This document shows positions 31,221 through 42,076 of a DNA stretch of 64,000 bases, piece by piece (the stretch's first letter is position 1; every line of letters begins with the position of its first letter). The position numbers and the translations under genes were made by a program. Source of the stretch: Promethearchaeota archaeon (GTDB lineage Archaea > Asgardarchaeota > Heimdallarchaeia > Hodarchaeales > Hodarchaeaceae). Location: the NCBI GenBank assembly GCA_048938105.1, contig JBHLMN010000001.1, positions 1 through 64,000 of the forward strand, in the 5' to 3' direction. Below the pieces are notes generated by a model. The model was not told the DNA's origin and did not search any database. It saw only the letters and a list, made by a program, of their open reading frames with translations.

Positions 31221-32876
31221 ATGTCAAATAACCTTAAGAGAACTCCTCCACATTGGATAGATAAGCTAACCACCGATCTAATATCGAACTGGCCTGGGTT
31301 ACAAGCCTTTAATAGCAATTGTGGTATTTCCGTATCAGGTCAACAACACATTGGTCGTCTTCGCGGAGAAATTGTTCTCACTAATGCAGTAGTAAATGAA
31401 CTAAAAAAGCGTGGTTATGATGCCACTCATTCCTTAATTTTGTATACTGCAGATCCTTGGAAAGGAAAAGAAGCTCAATTAAATTGTTTTTCGGATCCAA
31501 CTGAAGCAAAAAAATACATTGATTGGCGATTAATCGATGTACCAGATCCAACCAATCAATATACATCTTGGGTCGATTACTTTTGGAGAGCTTTCGGGGA
31601 TTATCTCCCTAGATTCGGCAGAAATATTGAAATTATTCGTACTCATGAGTTTTACCAAACAGAAGCAATGAAAAATACTATAATCAAATTAATTGAAAAG
31701 AAAGAACAAGTACGGAAAATCCTTAATAAATATCGACAAAAGAACCCATTTCCTGAAGATTGGATTCCTTTTAATCCATTATGCACCCATTGCAACCGTA
31801 TTGGAACAACTAAAGCCTTGGAAGTAGACCTAGACAAATTTCATATCTATTATCACTGCGAGTCGTGTCAAAAAGATGACTGGTCTGATATGAGGGTAGG
31901 AAAACTGACATGGAGACTTGAATGGCTAGCGATTTGGTATACTCTCAATATTCATTTTGAACCATATGGAAAAGATCATGCCACACCTGGTGGGTCACGA
32001 GATAGTTGCATTGAAGTACTTGAGACTGTACTCCAACATCGGGGACCATATGGATTCTGGAACGAATGGGTTGGTTATTCTGAAGGACGAACTGATCTTG
32101 GTGATATGACTAGTTCGGGATTCATTGGATTCACTCCCAAAAAGTGGCTTAAATACGCAGAACCAGAAGTACTGAAATATATTTACCTTAAAACACCTCC
32201 AAAAAGACGAATCGTCTTGGGATTAGACAAAATTCCGAGCTATATAGCTGAATATGACAAAGCTCAGCGAATTTATCACGAATTAGAACCATTTAATGAA
32301 ACTACAGAACTACAAGCTATTAGAAGAAGTTATGAAATTGTTTTTTACAACGATACTCCTCAATATCGTGGATTTCAACTTGACTACTCTCACGCAATAA
32401 TTTTATCACAATTAGTTCCTGATTCACTGGAAGGGACAAAACAAGCAATTCATAAACTACAGGCTACTGAAATTCTAACATCACCGCTTACTAAAGAAAT
32501 AAAAGTACATATCCATGAACGACTATCTAAAGCGCGAAGTTGGGTTCTAGATTATGCACCACCCCACCTTCGGATACAGATCCCTGATCATATCTCAAAT
32601 ACAATAATTGATAAAATAGATAAAAAAACATGTAATTTTGTTCTAGATCTAGCCTCAGAGCTAGCCTTAACGAAATGGACTGAGGAGGAAATCAAGCGAA
32701 AAATGATTTCTTTTCGGGGAAAAGCAGCCCTATCTCGGAAAGAAATGTCGGGACTCTTTCAAGCACTGTATCAGATTCTTCTAGGGAGTTCCCAAGGTCC
32801 GCGTTTTGCACCATTCATAGCTGCACTTGATAAGGAATGGGTAATAGACCGATTAAGAGAGATTCAAAAGCCCTAA
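31221..32876 (+). CDS. lysS: Lysine--tRNA ligase, class I
   Basis: HW, SG..HIGRLRG, two CxxC, KLTWRLEW, EPYGKDH, GPR. Confidence 0.95.
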   Translation: MSNNLKRTPPHWIDKLTTDLISNWPGLQAFNSNCGISVSGQQHIGRLRGEIVLTNAVVNELKKRGYDATHSLILYTADPWKGKEAQLNCFSDPTEAKKYIDWRLIDVPDPTNQYTSWVDYFWRAFGDYLPRFGRNIEIIRTHEFYQTEAMKNTIIKLIEKKEQVRKILNKYRQKNPFPEDWIPFNPLCTHCNRIGTTKALEVDLDKFHIYYHCESCQKDDWSDMRVGKLTWRLEWLAIWYTLNIHFEPYGKDHATPGGSRDSCIEVLETVLQHRGPYGFWNEWVGYSEGRTDLGDMTSSGFIGFTPKKWLKYAEPEVLKYIYLKTPPKRRIVLGLDKIPSYIAEYDKAQRIYHELEPFNETTELQAIRRSYEIVFYNDTPQYRGFQLDYSHAIILSQLVPDSLEGTKQAIHKLQATEILTSPLTKEIKVHIHERLSKARSWVLDYAPPHLRIQIPDHISNTIIDKIDKKTCNFVLDLASELALTKWTEEEIKRKMISFRGKAALSRKEMSGLFQALYQILLGSSQGPRFAPFIAALDKEWVIDRLREIQKP

Positions 32877-32889
32877 TTGGAGATATTCT

Positions 32890-33429
32890 ATGAAATCTAA
32901 CCCCGAAGATCCGAATACTCCCTCATCCCTCTCAGAAAGTAATAATCCATGGAATATTATCATTGGTGTCGTACTAGCACCTTTGAGCAGCTTTCTCATT
33001 GTATTTTGCTTTACTACTGTAATAAATTTCATCCACAATATAGACATTAATGTACTAAATGAATTTCCATTTCTAATGCCATACATCAAATCGCAAACAG
33101 CAATAATTTGGCCTATAGCAATATACGCAGGAGGGATAATAGGAGGAATAATTGGAGGACTCTTAGCATATTGGGAAATAACAATGAAATTGAGGAAAAA
33201 TAGCCCTTTAAAACCAGTTCCCCTTTTTTCTTCAGATATTTTTTATCTAGGATTGTTAATAATATTGACTTATGTATTAGAATTACTTTCAGAGAGTGTA
33301 ATTCTCCAAGGTCTTCTATTTATACTGGAAATTGCCCTTTTCACTGTTATTGGACGATACATTAGCAGAATGGCTGTGAGTATTTCTGAAACTTCAGTGA
33401 ATTCCAATATTACAGATGTGGAGCCATAA
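32890..33429 (+). CDS. Hypothetical membrane protein (4 TM)
   Basis: 179-aa hydrophobic ORF 13 bp after lysS. Confidence 0.7.
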   Translation: MKSNPEDPNTPSSLSESNNPWNIIIGVVLAPLSSFLIVFCFTTVINFIHNIDINVLNEFPFLMPYIKSQTAIIWPIAIYAGGIIGGIIGGLLAYWEITMKLRKNSPLKPVPLFSSDIFYLGLLIILTYVLELLSESVILQGLLFILEIALFTVIGRYISRMAVSISETSVNSNITDVEP

Positions 33430-33589
33430 CGTTAGAGTAAAGCTAGAGTAATAGATCATTCCATATTACAACCAAACACTTTTTTAGAAGTAAGTTGTAA
33501 TACATAGGATCAAAGGCAGTGGACTGTTAGCTTCGAACTCCATTTAAGATGAAACTGGCATTCAAAATTGACCCTGGGTATGGATCAAA

Positions 33590-33994
33590 TTGCAATTTAG
33601 AACCTTTGGTTGGATAGCTCGGCAAAATCCAGACATCCGTATGACAAAAAACAAGATTGAAGACAATAAAAAATTCACATTTCCCGAGCTGTCTGATAAA
33701 AAGATTCAAGTGGCAGTTAAGGATCGAAAGACTTGGTTTAAAAAGGGGGAATTATGGCCAACAATAATTCTTGTCGAGAAGGGATGGGATAAAACTGGCA
33801 CTATAAAGAAAGAAGACGCTTACATCAGAATATTTAGGCATGAGGATGGCGCTATTCTTGATATATTGGTCGGCGAAAGTCTCGATGATGGAACTCTTCT
33901 CGCCGTCGACTACGAGGTACCTTTATTTAGTGTGACTTGTTCACGAAAAGGAACACGAGGTACGGTACAACGGATTCACCTAGATATCATCTGA
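33590..33994 (+). CDS. Hypothetical protein (true start possibly ATG at 33641)
   Basis: 134-aa ORF with no opposing gene. Confidence 0.6.
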   Translation: MQFRTFGWIARQNPDIRMTKNKIEDNKKFTFPELSDKKIQVAVKDRKTWFKKGELWPTIILVEKGWDKTGTIKKEDAYIRIFRHEDGAILDILVGESLDDGTLLAVDYEVPLFSVTCSRKGTRGTVQRIHLDII

Positions 33995-34070
33995 TAGAAA
34001 CTGTTTCCTCTATAATAAGACTTTTTGGTCTGGTATTACCTTTTTAACATCACTATTAGAACATCAAACC

Positions 34071-34337
34071 TCACTCTTCTGAAGACTCATCTTTATGAAG
34101 AAGAAAGGTGAACTTGGTAATGGTAGACATATTTCGTACTCTTCCCTCAGAATCAAGATAGAGTAGTCGAGCATGTGATTGTTCATCATCGATTCCATGT
34201 AAATCAAGAAATAGATCTAAACCCGTCACATCAGGTTGAAGTTGGTTCGCTGGAATACCAAGCGCCAAAGTCTTTTTACAGATAGAGCAAGGTTCAGTTC
34301 GAAGTCTCATAAGGCTAGACAACTTTATACCCTTCAA
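34071..34337 (-). CDS. Small putative Zn-binding protein (CxxC + H...H), last gene of the surface-protein operon
   Basis: PCSIC...HG...HARLLYLD...VR; 35 bp downstream of the previous gene on the same strand. Confidence 0.7.
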   Translation of the reverse strand: MKGIKLSSLMRLRTEPCSICKKTLALGIPANQLQPDVTGLDLFLDLHGIDDEQSHARLLYLDSEGRVRNMSTITKFTFLLHKDESSEE

Positions 34338-34372
34338 TCTATAGTATCATAAGGAAATTCTAGCTAGAAATC

Positions 34373-37300
34373 TTAATCATTCTCAGAGGTACTTTTGGAG
34401 GGGTCAGTTTCATCAGCTTCATCTTTGTCAGAGTCATCATCAGGAAAATCTAAGAATTCAGACTCAAAATCACCCATAATCTCTTCTGAAATCTCATCTG
34501 TCTCTATTTCAATCTCATCTAAAACCTCTAAAGTCCCTGAAATAAACAATCGGAATTCTTGGGCCTTTCTAAGAATAGTATCCTTATCCTCACCAGAACA
34601 GATGAGATCTTTCAACTCTATAATACCATCTTTAATCTCTTCTTGGAAATTATTCGCAGTTTCACCCCACTTTTCACGCATCACCAACATTAACAACAAG
34701 ATGCCTTGTCCACCACCAACAGGCACTTGGTCAAGAGTTAATGCTGATAACCATTGTTGGGGAAGAGTCGAAACAGGATACGCAAATGTAATGGCAGAGC
34801 ATCCAATTTCTTCAATCTTAAAGTCAACAAATGTCACTTGATCTTGAGGTCGGGTTTGCATGATAAAAGCAACATTGTTGTTCGCTTTATCAGTGAGCTC
34901 TTTCAAATACTGATAAAAATGCCCTATTAGTTGGGGTTCCCACATTAAAATGCTAGAAACACCTTCCCTCTGACCGTAAGCTGCTATAAAACCAAACATA
35001 GCCTCTTCTCCAAGATAAGCTAATCGTTCACTCCGACCAAGGGCAGCTTCGAAGCGTCTTCTGCGAAGAGCCTTCAATCGCTGTGATTGAGCGACTTTAA
35101 TTGCTGTGAAAACACTCACGAAAGCTGTTACTATGATAATTTCCATGATTAATAATCCAAGAAAAGTACTAAAAAAGATTTTAGTGGTATATTTACCAAT
35201 AGGTCGATTTTCCTCATTAATTTCATTACCTTCATTATCTACTGCATATACTCTAAATTGAATTTGTTCATTACCCAGCCATCCTGTATAAATTTTTGCA
35301 ATATAGCGATTTCCTTCTTGAGTCATATTTATACGGTTTGTCCATCCATCTTTAGTTCTCTTCTCGAGTATAACTGATTCAATACCACTTCCTAAATCAC
35401 TCGCTTGAACCCGAACTTGTAATAAACCAGGTTGAGAGTATTCTAAGTTTTCAATTCTAACTTTAGGTGCTAATTCATCACGTACTACATAATAATAAGT
35501 CTCGCTATATTCATTAGGATCAGGTGTAGCTTTATCTCGTACAACAACAGTAATTGAATAATTCTCATAGTCCTCGCTAAATGGTAATTGTAATGCTGCT
35601 ACTCCAGCAATTTTACCTAGAACATAAAGACCAGGAGTGGTTGTGTTCTTAAGCAGGACATGAGAATAAGCTTCAAAAATTGAACCATTTTCATAACGAA
35701 CAACGAGATACACCTCGTCAATTTCACCAAAGGGATCTGATGCTCTGACTGTAACATGGGTTCTTTCTTCAACTGTTGAGTTCGGTGTTATTGTGACCAT
35801 ATGAATTTCAGGTAATACTTCATCAGTAACAGCCACAATCCTAACTCCAGGATAAAAATCTGAATTGCCAGCCACAGTATCATTAAAAGATATCCCAAAT
35901 TCAACAGTCTTTCCATAAAATTGACTAATATTAAGGGTGAAAATAGCTTGATAATCTGTTCCACTACCAGTAATACTTATGGGATCTTGAATTTCCCCGT
36001 CAATTGTATAATTAAGTACTAAGGTATCGATTCCATAGCCCCAGTCAGTTATATTAACACTAATGGTTATAAGACCAGTTCCAGTTTGATTGATGACCGT
36101 ACTTTCAATTACAGGAGGACTATAATCTCCAATAATTGTACTCTGAATTTCTGATACAAAACTATTATTTGCATAATCAAATGTGACAAAATAAAATGTG
36201 ATCTCATCACTGAAATTGAAGGGGGTGAAAAATTGCCACTTTGTTTGAATATACCCTGCATTAGTGACATAACTAGGTGGTAGATAATTCAGACTAGAAT
36301 TCAATGTTTTGTTGTATTCAACCCCACTCTGGTTATAGAAAACGGTGACATTTTTTATTGAGCTTTCCCATGTACCTTCAGAGAAATTAGCCCAGAATTC
36401 AAAAATAGAAATATTATTAGTTCTATCAAGGCCCATATCAAGGGGTTGAGGTGGATTATTATCAGGAATGTCGGTTATACCTATAATCCGAATTTCATCA
36501 AACCAAACATCAAAATACTCATTCCAAAACTCTCTCGTGTTTAAATATGCCCCTAGTTCAAGTGTAAAGTTTGATGACTCGGGGTTAACTTGAAAACTAT
36601 ACTTGAAGGTATACCATTCTTCATCTTGAGTAATATTTGATCCCACTCGATAAAAAACAGTCCCATTGGGATTTGTTTCACTGATCGGGTTTCCCACCCA
36701 AAAGGATTTATCGGAATCCATAGGATGTTCTATTCTGCAACGAATCTCTTGAAAATCAGGAGTTCCATCCCTAACAATGACTTTATCACCGTATATAAAT
36801 TCATCGTAATCATCGAAACCGCCATTGGGGGTATCAAAACGCCATTTAAAGCTGATATTAATCATTTTGTATGTGTTTTGAATTGGAAAGTCAGCTTGCC
36901 ACCCTGCGGAAATATTTGATAAACGATACTCAACTAAATCCTCTACTGCTGAAGATTCGTTCTTTATTCCGTAATCATTCCCATTATTTCCTATTCTAGT
37001 GAACAATGAGGCTCCCTGTCCATTACCTGCAGTATTGTAAGGATCAATTAGACAATTTTCATACAAAGAAGAATCATATGAATCTGTACCTAGTAAATCG
37101 GCCCAAATTTTATTTTCATAACTGAAAGAGGTATCCTGTTCATCTAAAGTCTCATATAATAACACATCATACTGTTGTTGAATAGAAAATCGTGGTACAT
37201 GATCCCCTGAATTTAGTTCTCTGTACTGGGAATTGATGGAGTTCACATCAACTAGGGACTCCTGTTCAAAAGGAGAAATTGGAGTCAAAATGGACTTATC

Positions 37301-37450
37301 AGACATTATAAAAGATTCACTTTTTAATCCAGGTAGATTCCTATCTTGAAAGACATAAACCAAACCTGTGTTTGAATTAATCGTGTACATTAAACTTCCA
37401 ATATTCAATATCAGAGCAGTTAATACAATAATATGTCTGTACCTTACCAT
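34373..37450 (-). CDS. Single-pass surface protein C (1,025 aa): signal anchor, jelly-roll-like domain, Ig-like repeats, TM, longin/uDENN-like domain lacking the Arg, acidic tail
   Basis: N-terminal hydrophobic helix; D..xP and V.D.G.G repeats; TM ~35090-35165; cytoplasmic part aligns with paralogs (WEP, LTDK, PVGGGQ, REKWG). Confidence 0.85.
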   Translation of the reverse strand: MVRYRHIIVLTALILNIGSLMYTINSNTGLVYVFQDRNLPGLKSESFIMSDKSILTPISPFEQESLVDVNSINSQYRELNSGDHVPRFSIQQQYDVLLYETLDEQDTSFSYENKIWADLLGTDSYDSSLYENCLIDPYNTAGNGQGASLFTRIGNNGNDYGIKNESSAVEDLVEYRLSNISAGWQADFPIQNTYKMINISFKWRFDTPNGGFDDYDEFIYGDKVIVRDGTPDFQEIRCRIEHPMDSDKSFWVGNPISETNPNGTVFYRVGSNITQDEEWYTFKYSFQVNPESSNFTLELGAYLNTREFWNEYFDVWFDEIRIIGITDIPDNNPPQPLDMGLDRTNNISIFEFWANFSEGTWESSIKNVTVFYNQSGVEYNKTLNSSLNYLPPSYVTNAGYIQTKWQFFTPFNFSDEITFYFVTFDYANNSFVSEIQSTIIGDYSPPVIESTVINQTGTGLITISVNITDWGYGIDTLVLNYTIDGEIQDPISITGSGTDYQAIFTLNISQFYGKTVEFGISFNDTVAGNSDFYPGVRIVAVTDEVLPEIHMVTITPNSTVEERTHVTVRASDPFGEIDEVYLVVRYENGSIFEAYSHVLLKNTTTPGLYVLGKIAGVAALQLPFSEDYENYSITVVVRDKATPDPNEYSETYYYVVRDELAPKVRIENLEYSQPGLLQVRVQASDLGSGIESVILEKRTKDGWTNRINMTQEGNRYIAKIYTGWLGNEQIQFRVYAVDNEGNEINEENRPIGKYTTKIFFSTFLGLLIMEIIIVTAFVSVFTAIKVAQSQRLKALRRRRFEAALGRSERLAYLGEEAMFGFIAAYGQREGVSSILMWEPQLIGHFYQYLKELTDKANNNVAFIMQTRPQDQVTFVDFKIEEIGCSAITFAYPVSTLPQQWLSALTLDQVPVGGGQGILLLMLVMREKWGETANNFQEEIKDGIIELKDLICSGEDKDTILRKAQEFRLFISGTLEVLDEIEIETDEISEEIMGDFESEFLDFPDDDSDKDEADETDPSKSTSEND

Positions 37451-37453
37451 TTT

Positions 37454-40400
37454 TCATTCCACCATAGAATCTGACTCATAATCAATACCTGTATAGAGTT
37501 TATTAAATGAAATCATCAGTCTTGATACAAATTCTCGGAGCTGACGAGCATTTTTCTCAATTTGAGATGAAGATTGTTGACTTTCAACCATCTTACGAAT
37601 TTCACGTAATTTTTCCAGTAATTCATCTTGGAAAACCAATAAATAATCTCCCCACTCTTTCCTCAATAAGAGAACGATTGTTAGATTTTCTTTACCCCCA
37701 CGGGCTTCAGGATTGGGAACAGCAAACGAATATCCCAGAGCAGTACACTCATAACTTCCAGTGGAGAAATCAAAAGTACCACTTCTTTCTGCTTCCTCCA
37801 GCCTTACAAATTCAAGGGTCGAGAAGGATTTATCCGATAAGTCAAGCATTATTTGTTCTTGATCCTCAAGAAGGGGGGGTTCCCAAATAACAGGAACAGG
37901 GCCTTGGATTTGGTCAAAGAAATTGACAGTAACCCCTAATGCAAATTCATCCATTTGAGTGAGAATCACTTCTCGAGAGATCTTTTCACTTTCGTCCAAT
38001 ATCTTTTTCATATCATAACCAACTGTTTTAGAAGTGATTCTAATACCCACGATGATCATTACAACCAAAACTATACCAATAGCGAGAATAACAAAGGGAT
38101 TGATGATTAGAGGGGGAAGTTCAAAATCGCTATCCACCTTCCAAATATCCTTAAGTTCTTGTGGATTATAATCTCCGACATTTCCCACCTTGTCAACAGC
38201 AATAATACTAATTCCATACGATTTTGATCCAATAATATTATCAAACTCTATTTTTGATGAAATAACAGCAGAATATGTGGTTATTGATGAAATCAGCTGC
38301 GCTCCTGTACCTCCAATCTGTGTAAGATTAATTGATTGTGATCCAATTTTTAAGATTATATAGTCTACACCAAGACCTGCTTCTTCAACTTTCACTGTAA
38401 TCCTTATTTTTCTATCAACTGTAATCTCGTAAGTAATCTGGTGTATTCTTGGAGCAACACAATCCTCAATTTCTTCTTCTACTGAGTATGATTTCGTATT
38501 TCCGGCATTATCTGTAACGATAACAGTAAAATGATACATTTCAAAAACAGTGAGATTACCTTGCCATGAAAACCGTAATTCATCACGTTTATTTTCTAGA
38601 ACTCCTATGAGCTCCATATTAATTATCTGTGTCACATTATTTCGGTCTGTAATAACTAGCTGAACAGAATTTTCATTCAGCCCAGACCAAGTACTATCTC
38701 TGGCTACAACAGTGATACTCATGTTACCCTCTCTTATTTTTGTAGGATCTTTAGAATTGTATATAGTTAAGTAAGTTACATTGATTTTCTTGCCTTCTTG
38801 TTCAATGAACTGCGGTTTAAAAGGATCATAATTAGCTGTAATGTTAAATGAAATAATTTTAGAGTGAAACTTTTGTATCGACTGACTAACCTTATCAAAA
38901 TTAGTTCCTGTATCGGTGACATTTACCTGAAAAAGGAGAGTATCATTGAAATCAAATTGAAAGAAATCTTCATTACCCACCCACTCTTCTATCGATTGAT
39001 CATACGAATATGTATAAATATAACGAGATCCTCCAGAAGGTAACTGATAATACGTTGGGGGTCTAGGAAAATATTGTTGAACCGATGAACGAGCATCAAA
39101 TAATTCGACAGATTCAATCCCACTCCCTATCCAAGTTTCACTATCATCTGTTACATCGATAATAATTAATATTGTTCCATTTCCTAGTTCATAAGTGAAG
39201 AGTTCCATAATCCTGGGCTGCTGATCATCAATCCAGAATATTTCTAACCAGTCTTCCTTAGGTTCTGCGTCTGGAATATCTAACCATTGATACCATTGTT
39301 CAAATTGAGTTAGTCCAGTTGCTAAATCAGTCATACTTATAACTTCAATATACTGATACGCAGTCTTTAGACTAAATATGGAGAACTCAGTCCATGAAAT
39401 ATTTGTATATATTGAGCCATTCAGAGAAATGTCGAATCTTATCTTTGATGGGTCAATAGGAATCTCGAAATCAACAAATTCTTTGATGTCAACAGGGATA
39501 CTTTTTAATACTTTATATTCCAATGAAACAGAGATATTTGCCCAGCTACCATGAGGATGTTTTTGGTTTGCTACTAATGTAATTATTATTCTGTCCCACA
39601 ATATGCGTACATCATTTGAATCAGAGTTTGCAATCGAGAAAATTCCAAAACTAGGATCTGAATTTATTTTTAAAACCCGGAATCGAACAGCACGATATGC
39701 TTCAGTTCGATTCCCCTCCCAAGGAGCAATTCCTGCGGTAAACTCAAGAAGATGTGACTCCTGTTTTGTGAAATCATGAAGCGAGGCTGTTCCATTAAAA
39801 GGTGCATTATCATATGTATGGTAAGCATAACAGTATAACGTAGCATTTTGCCCAAAATTCGCAAAAAAGAGTCTAGTACCCCAATCCTGACTTGTTACAT
39901 TCTTTTCGGGGTCATAGGAGTCAGAAAAGGTGAAAACAATATCATCCCAAACAATATCCACAAAGACGATTCGATCGTCAGGTTTGTCATCTATCACATT
40001 CGTAAATTTCGTAATCCCAAATGATGCGTCCTCAATTCGTACAATATAATATCTATAACTGTCAGAACCAGTTTTAACTAACCCTAGCCAACTTCCATCT
40101 CCATCTTCCATATTAATATACTTTTGAATCCCAGATTCAAAGTCTTTAGCAATGATATATCCATTGAAATTGGAATAATCATGCTTCCAATAGGCATTAA
40201 AATTCATATCTACCTCTTTTCCTATTCCAACTCTGGCATCAGAAGGAATCATTTCAATAATTAAATATGTCCAAATAATAGTTAAATTAAAACTTGCCGA
40301 TTCTGCAGTTTTATTTACAAAGAGATATCCTTGAGGATCTATGGGAGACCCACTAATAATTCTACATTCAAAAGATACAGGTTCTGGTAAGTGATGAGAG

Positions 40401-42076
40401 TAAAACAAGAAAAACTTCCCATCTGAATTTATATCCCAACTTGTTCCATCAGTTATATTTTCCCACAAATTCTCTCCAAATCGATACGATATTTGGGCAC
40501 CTTTAGCAGGAGATCTATCAGATTCGTAAAGAACTGACAATGTTAGTGACCAATTTTCATGGATATCTACACCTAATGCTTTTGGTTCAGGATCAGATTT
40601 GGTACCTGTGTCCACACCGTCTTCGTATGTATAGTCATACAATAATTGATCCCAATAAATTACAACTTTAGAGGGATTCTCCATTTGAGAAGATTGATGG
40701 CCTTTCACATATATTAATAAGTCATAACGACCTCCTGCAGTAGTAGCATTAAGAGTCAGGGTTCCGGTACCATCAGCTTCTGATGTATCGGATAGTACTG
40801 CAAAAATATTTTCAGGTTGATTTGGATCTTGAAACCCTATCTCTTGAAGTGATGATTCATTCAATTGTGTAACATTATTGAAGACATAATAGCTAATTGT
40901 TAGGGTATCCCCAACATTTAACCGAAATATCACTTCATCTTGGCTATCGTTTGTCAATTCCTCATGCTTTCGCGCGGGGTATGATCCTACAGCTATTTCA
41001 TCAAGGATCACAAGTAACACGGTTCCTCTAGCTTCGAAATAATCTATTAAACCATAATCAGTAATTCCACGTGGTGATGTAATGGATACTGATAGATTAT
41101 GAAGACCATCAATAAATTTTGAAGCAAGAGTGGCAGTCATTAAGACAGTAAAAAGCCATTGTCCTGGAGTACTATTGTCTCCGAGAAATTCCTTAAAAAT
41201 TAGTTGCCCACTCACTCCTAATTGGGTGTTGAAGATGGTTACATTTGGATTTTGAGGAAGATATGAAACTGATTGAGTATTTTCATATACAGATATTGTT
41301 ATGTTAAAAGATTGATTTCCATCAATCTTATTGTTAAATTGTTGTGGTTCGGGGGCACCTACAAATGAAACTTTTAAATCCACCATCGGGAGAAGAACGG
41401 AATCATTTGAATTAGTACCAGAAACACTCGTATAGATATGTAATTTGTAATCCCCTAATTCAAGCTGAGAGAGAACAGTATTATTCAACTCAAATAAGAG
41501 CGAGTACCTGGCACTTGACATAGGTGTCCAATCTAAATACGAATCATTCGTAATTCGATAAAAATTAGGTTCACCAGTACGTTTGAGCGTTAAATTTTGG
41601 ATAGCTTCATCAGGGCTACTAAGCCACGGTGCATCAGTTATAGTAAAATTCAGTAGGATAGTCATACGAGATCTATTGATTTCCATTGCTTTTGGATAAT
41701 AATCGGTTATATTAACATCATATTGTGCACTAATCTTGAATGTAGGCGGTTTCAAATTATCAGGAACAGAAGGGAATGAGATGGAATTATTCTTTTCATC
41801 AAAGATATTATCTTCAGTCAGAGAACATGAGGAACATTTAATCTTAGAGGAGGTGAACACAGTATTAACTGAAGATGAGAAAGACATGAGTCTTATATCT
41901 TCATGAGAACGGTGAATGTTATTATAATTATCACGGGTCTGATCTATTTGTTTAGTAAAAGCTGTGTAATAATATTCTGATACGAATGAAATGATAAGTA
42001 TTCCTAATAATAAAAGTACATTGATATACTTAGGAGTAATAGATTTTGTCTTCATTTTTGATCCTCCTTTCAACAT
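37454..42076 (-). CDS. Single-pass surface protein B (~1,540 aa; start likely ATG 42055) with cytoplasmic FLCN/SMCR8-like longin/uDENN domain
   Basis: GGAGG RBS before 42055; signal helix; xWD repeats and Ig-like repeats; TM ~38040-38100; FFDQIQGP...YSFAVPNPEARGG. Confidence 0.88.
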   Translation of the reverse strand: MLKGGSKMKTKSITPKYINVLLLLGILIISFVSEYYYTAFTKQIDQTRDNYNNIHRSHEDIRLMSFSSSVNTVFTSSKIKCSSCSLTEDNIFDEKNNSISFPSVPDNLKPPTFKISAQYDVNITDYYPKAMEINRSRMTILLNFTITDAPWLSSPDEAIQNLTLKRTGEPNFYRITNDSYLDWTPMSSARYSLLFELNNTVLSQLELGDYKLHIYTSVSGTNSNDSVLLPMVDLKVSFVGAPEPQQFNNKIDGNQSFNITISVYENTQSVSYLPQNPNVTIFNTQLGVSGQLIFKEFLGDNSTPGQWLFTVLMTATLASKFIDGLHNLSVSITSPRGITDYGLIDYFEARGTVLLVILDEIAVGSYPARKHEELTNDSQDEVIFRLNVGDTLTISYYVFNNVTQLNESSLQEIGFQDPNQPENIFAVLSDTSEADGTGTLTLNATTAGGRYDLLIYVKGHQSSQMENPSKVVIYWDQLLYDYTYEDGVDTGTKSDPEPKALGVDIHENWSLTLSVLYESDRSPAKGAQISYRFGENLWENITDGTSWDINSDGKFFLFYSHHLPEPVSFECRIISGSPIDPQGYLFVNKTAESASFNLTIIWTYLIIEMIPSDARVGIGKEVDMNFNAYWKHDYSNFNGYIIAKDFESGIQKYINMEDGDGSWLGLVKTGSDSYRYYIVRIEDASFGITKFTNVIDDKPDDRIVFVDIVWDDIVFTFSDSYDPEKNVTSQDWGTRLFFANFGQNATLYCYAYHTYDNAPFNGTASLHDFTKQESHLLEFTAGIAPWEGNRTEAYRAVRFRVLKINSDPSFGIFSIANSDSNDVRILWDRIIITLVANQKHPHGSWANISVSLEYKVLKSIPVDIKEFVDFEIPIDPSKIRFDISLNGSIYTNISWTEFSIFSLKTAYQYIEVISMTDLATGLTQFEQWYQWLDIPDAEPKEDWLEIFWIDDQQPRIMELFTYELGNGTILIIIDVTDDSETWIGSGIESVELFDARSSVQQYFPRPPTYYQLPSGGSRYIYTYSYDQSIEEWVGNEDFFQFDFNDTLLFQVNVTDTGTNFDKVSQSIQKFHSKIISFNITANYDPFKPQFIEQEGKKINVTYLTIYNSKDPTKIREGNMSITVVARDSTWSGLNENSVQLVITDRNNVTQIINMELIGVLENKRDELRFSWQGNLTVFEMYHFTVIVTDNAGNTKSYSVEEEIEDCVAPRIHQITYEITVDRKIRITVKVEEAGLGVDYIILKIGSQSINLTQIGGTGAQLISSITTYSAVISSKIEFDNIIGSKSYGISIIAVDKVGNVGDYNPQELKDIWKVDSDFELPPLIINPFVILAIGIVLVVMIIVGIRITSKTVGYDMKKILDESEKISREVILTQMDEFALGVTVNFFDQIQGPVPVIWEPPLLEDQEQIMLDLSDKSFSTLEFVRLEEAERSGTFDFSTGSYECTALGYSFAVPNPEARGGKENLTIVLLLRKEWGDYLLVFQDELLEKLREIRKMVESQQSSSQIEKNARQLREFVSRLMISFNKLYTGIDYESDSMVE

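Noticed and set aside
33545-33592. Possible selenocysteine read-through at the in-frame TGA (33569-33571) upstream of ORF 33590
   Set aside because: A TAA lies eight codons further up with no start codon in between
4186-33709. Short overlapping ORFs such as 4186-4434, 7397-7600, 8702-9061, 15341-15736, 21830-22249, 25366-25701, 33527-33709
   Set aside because: Fully or largely overlap recognisable genes; no independent evidence
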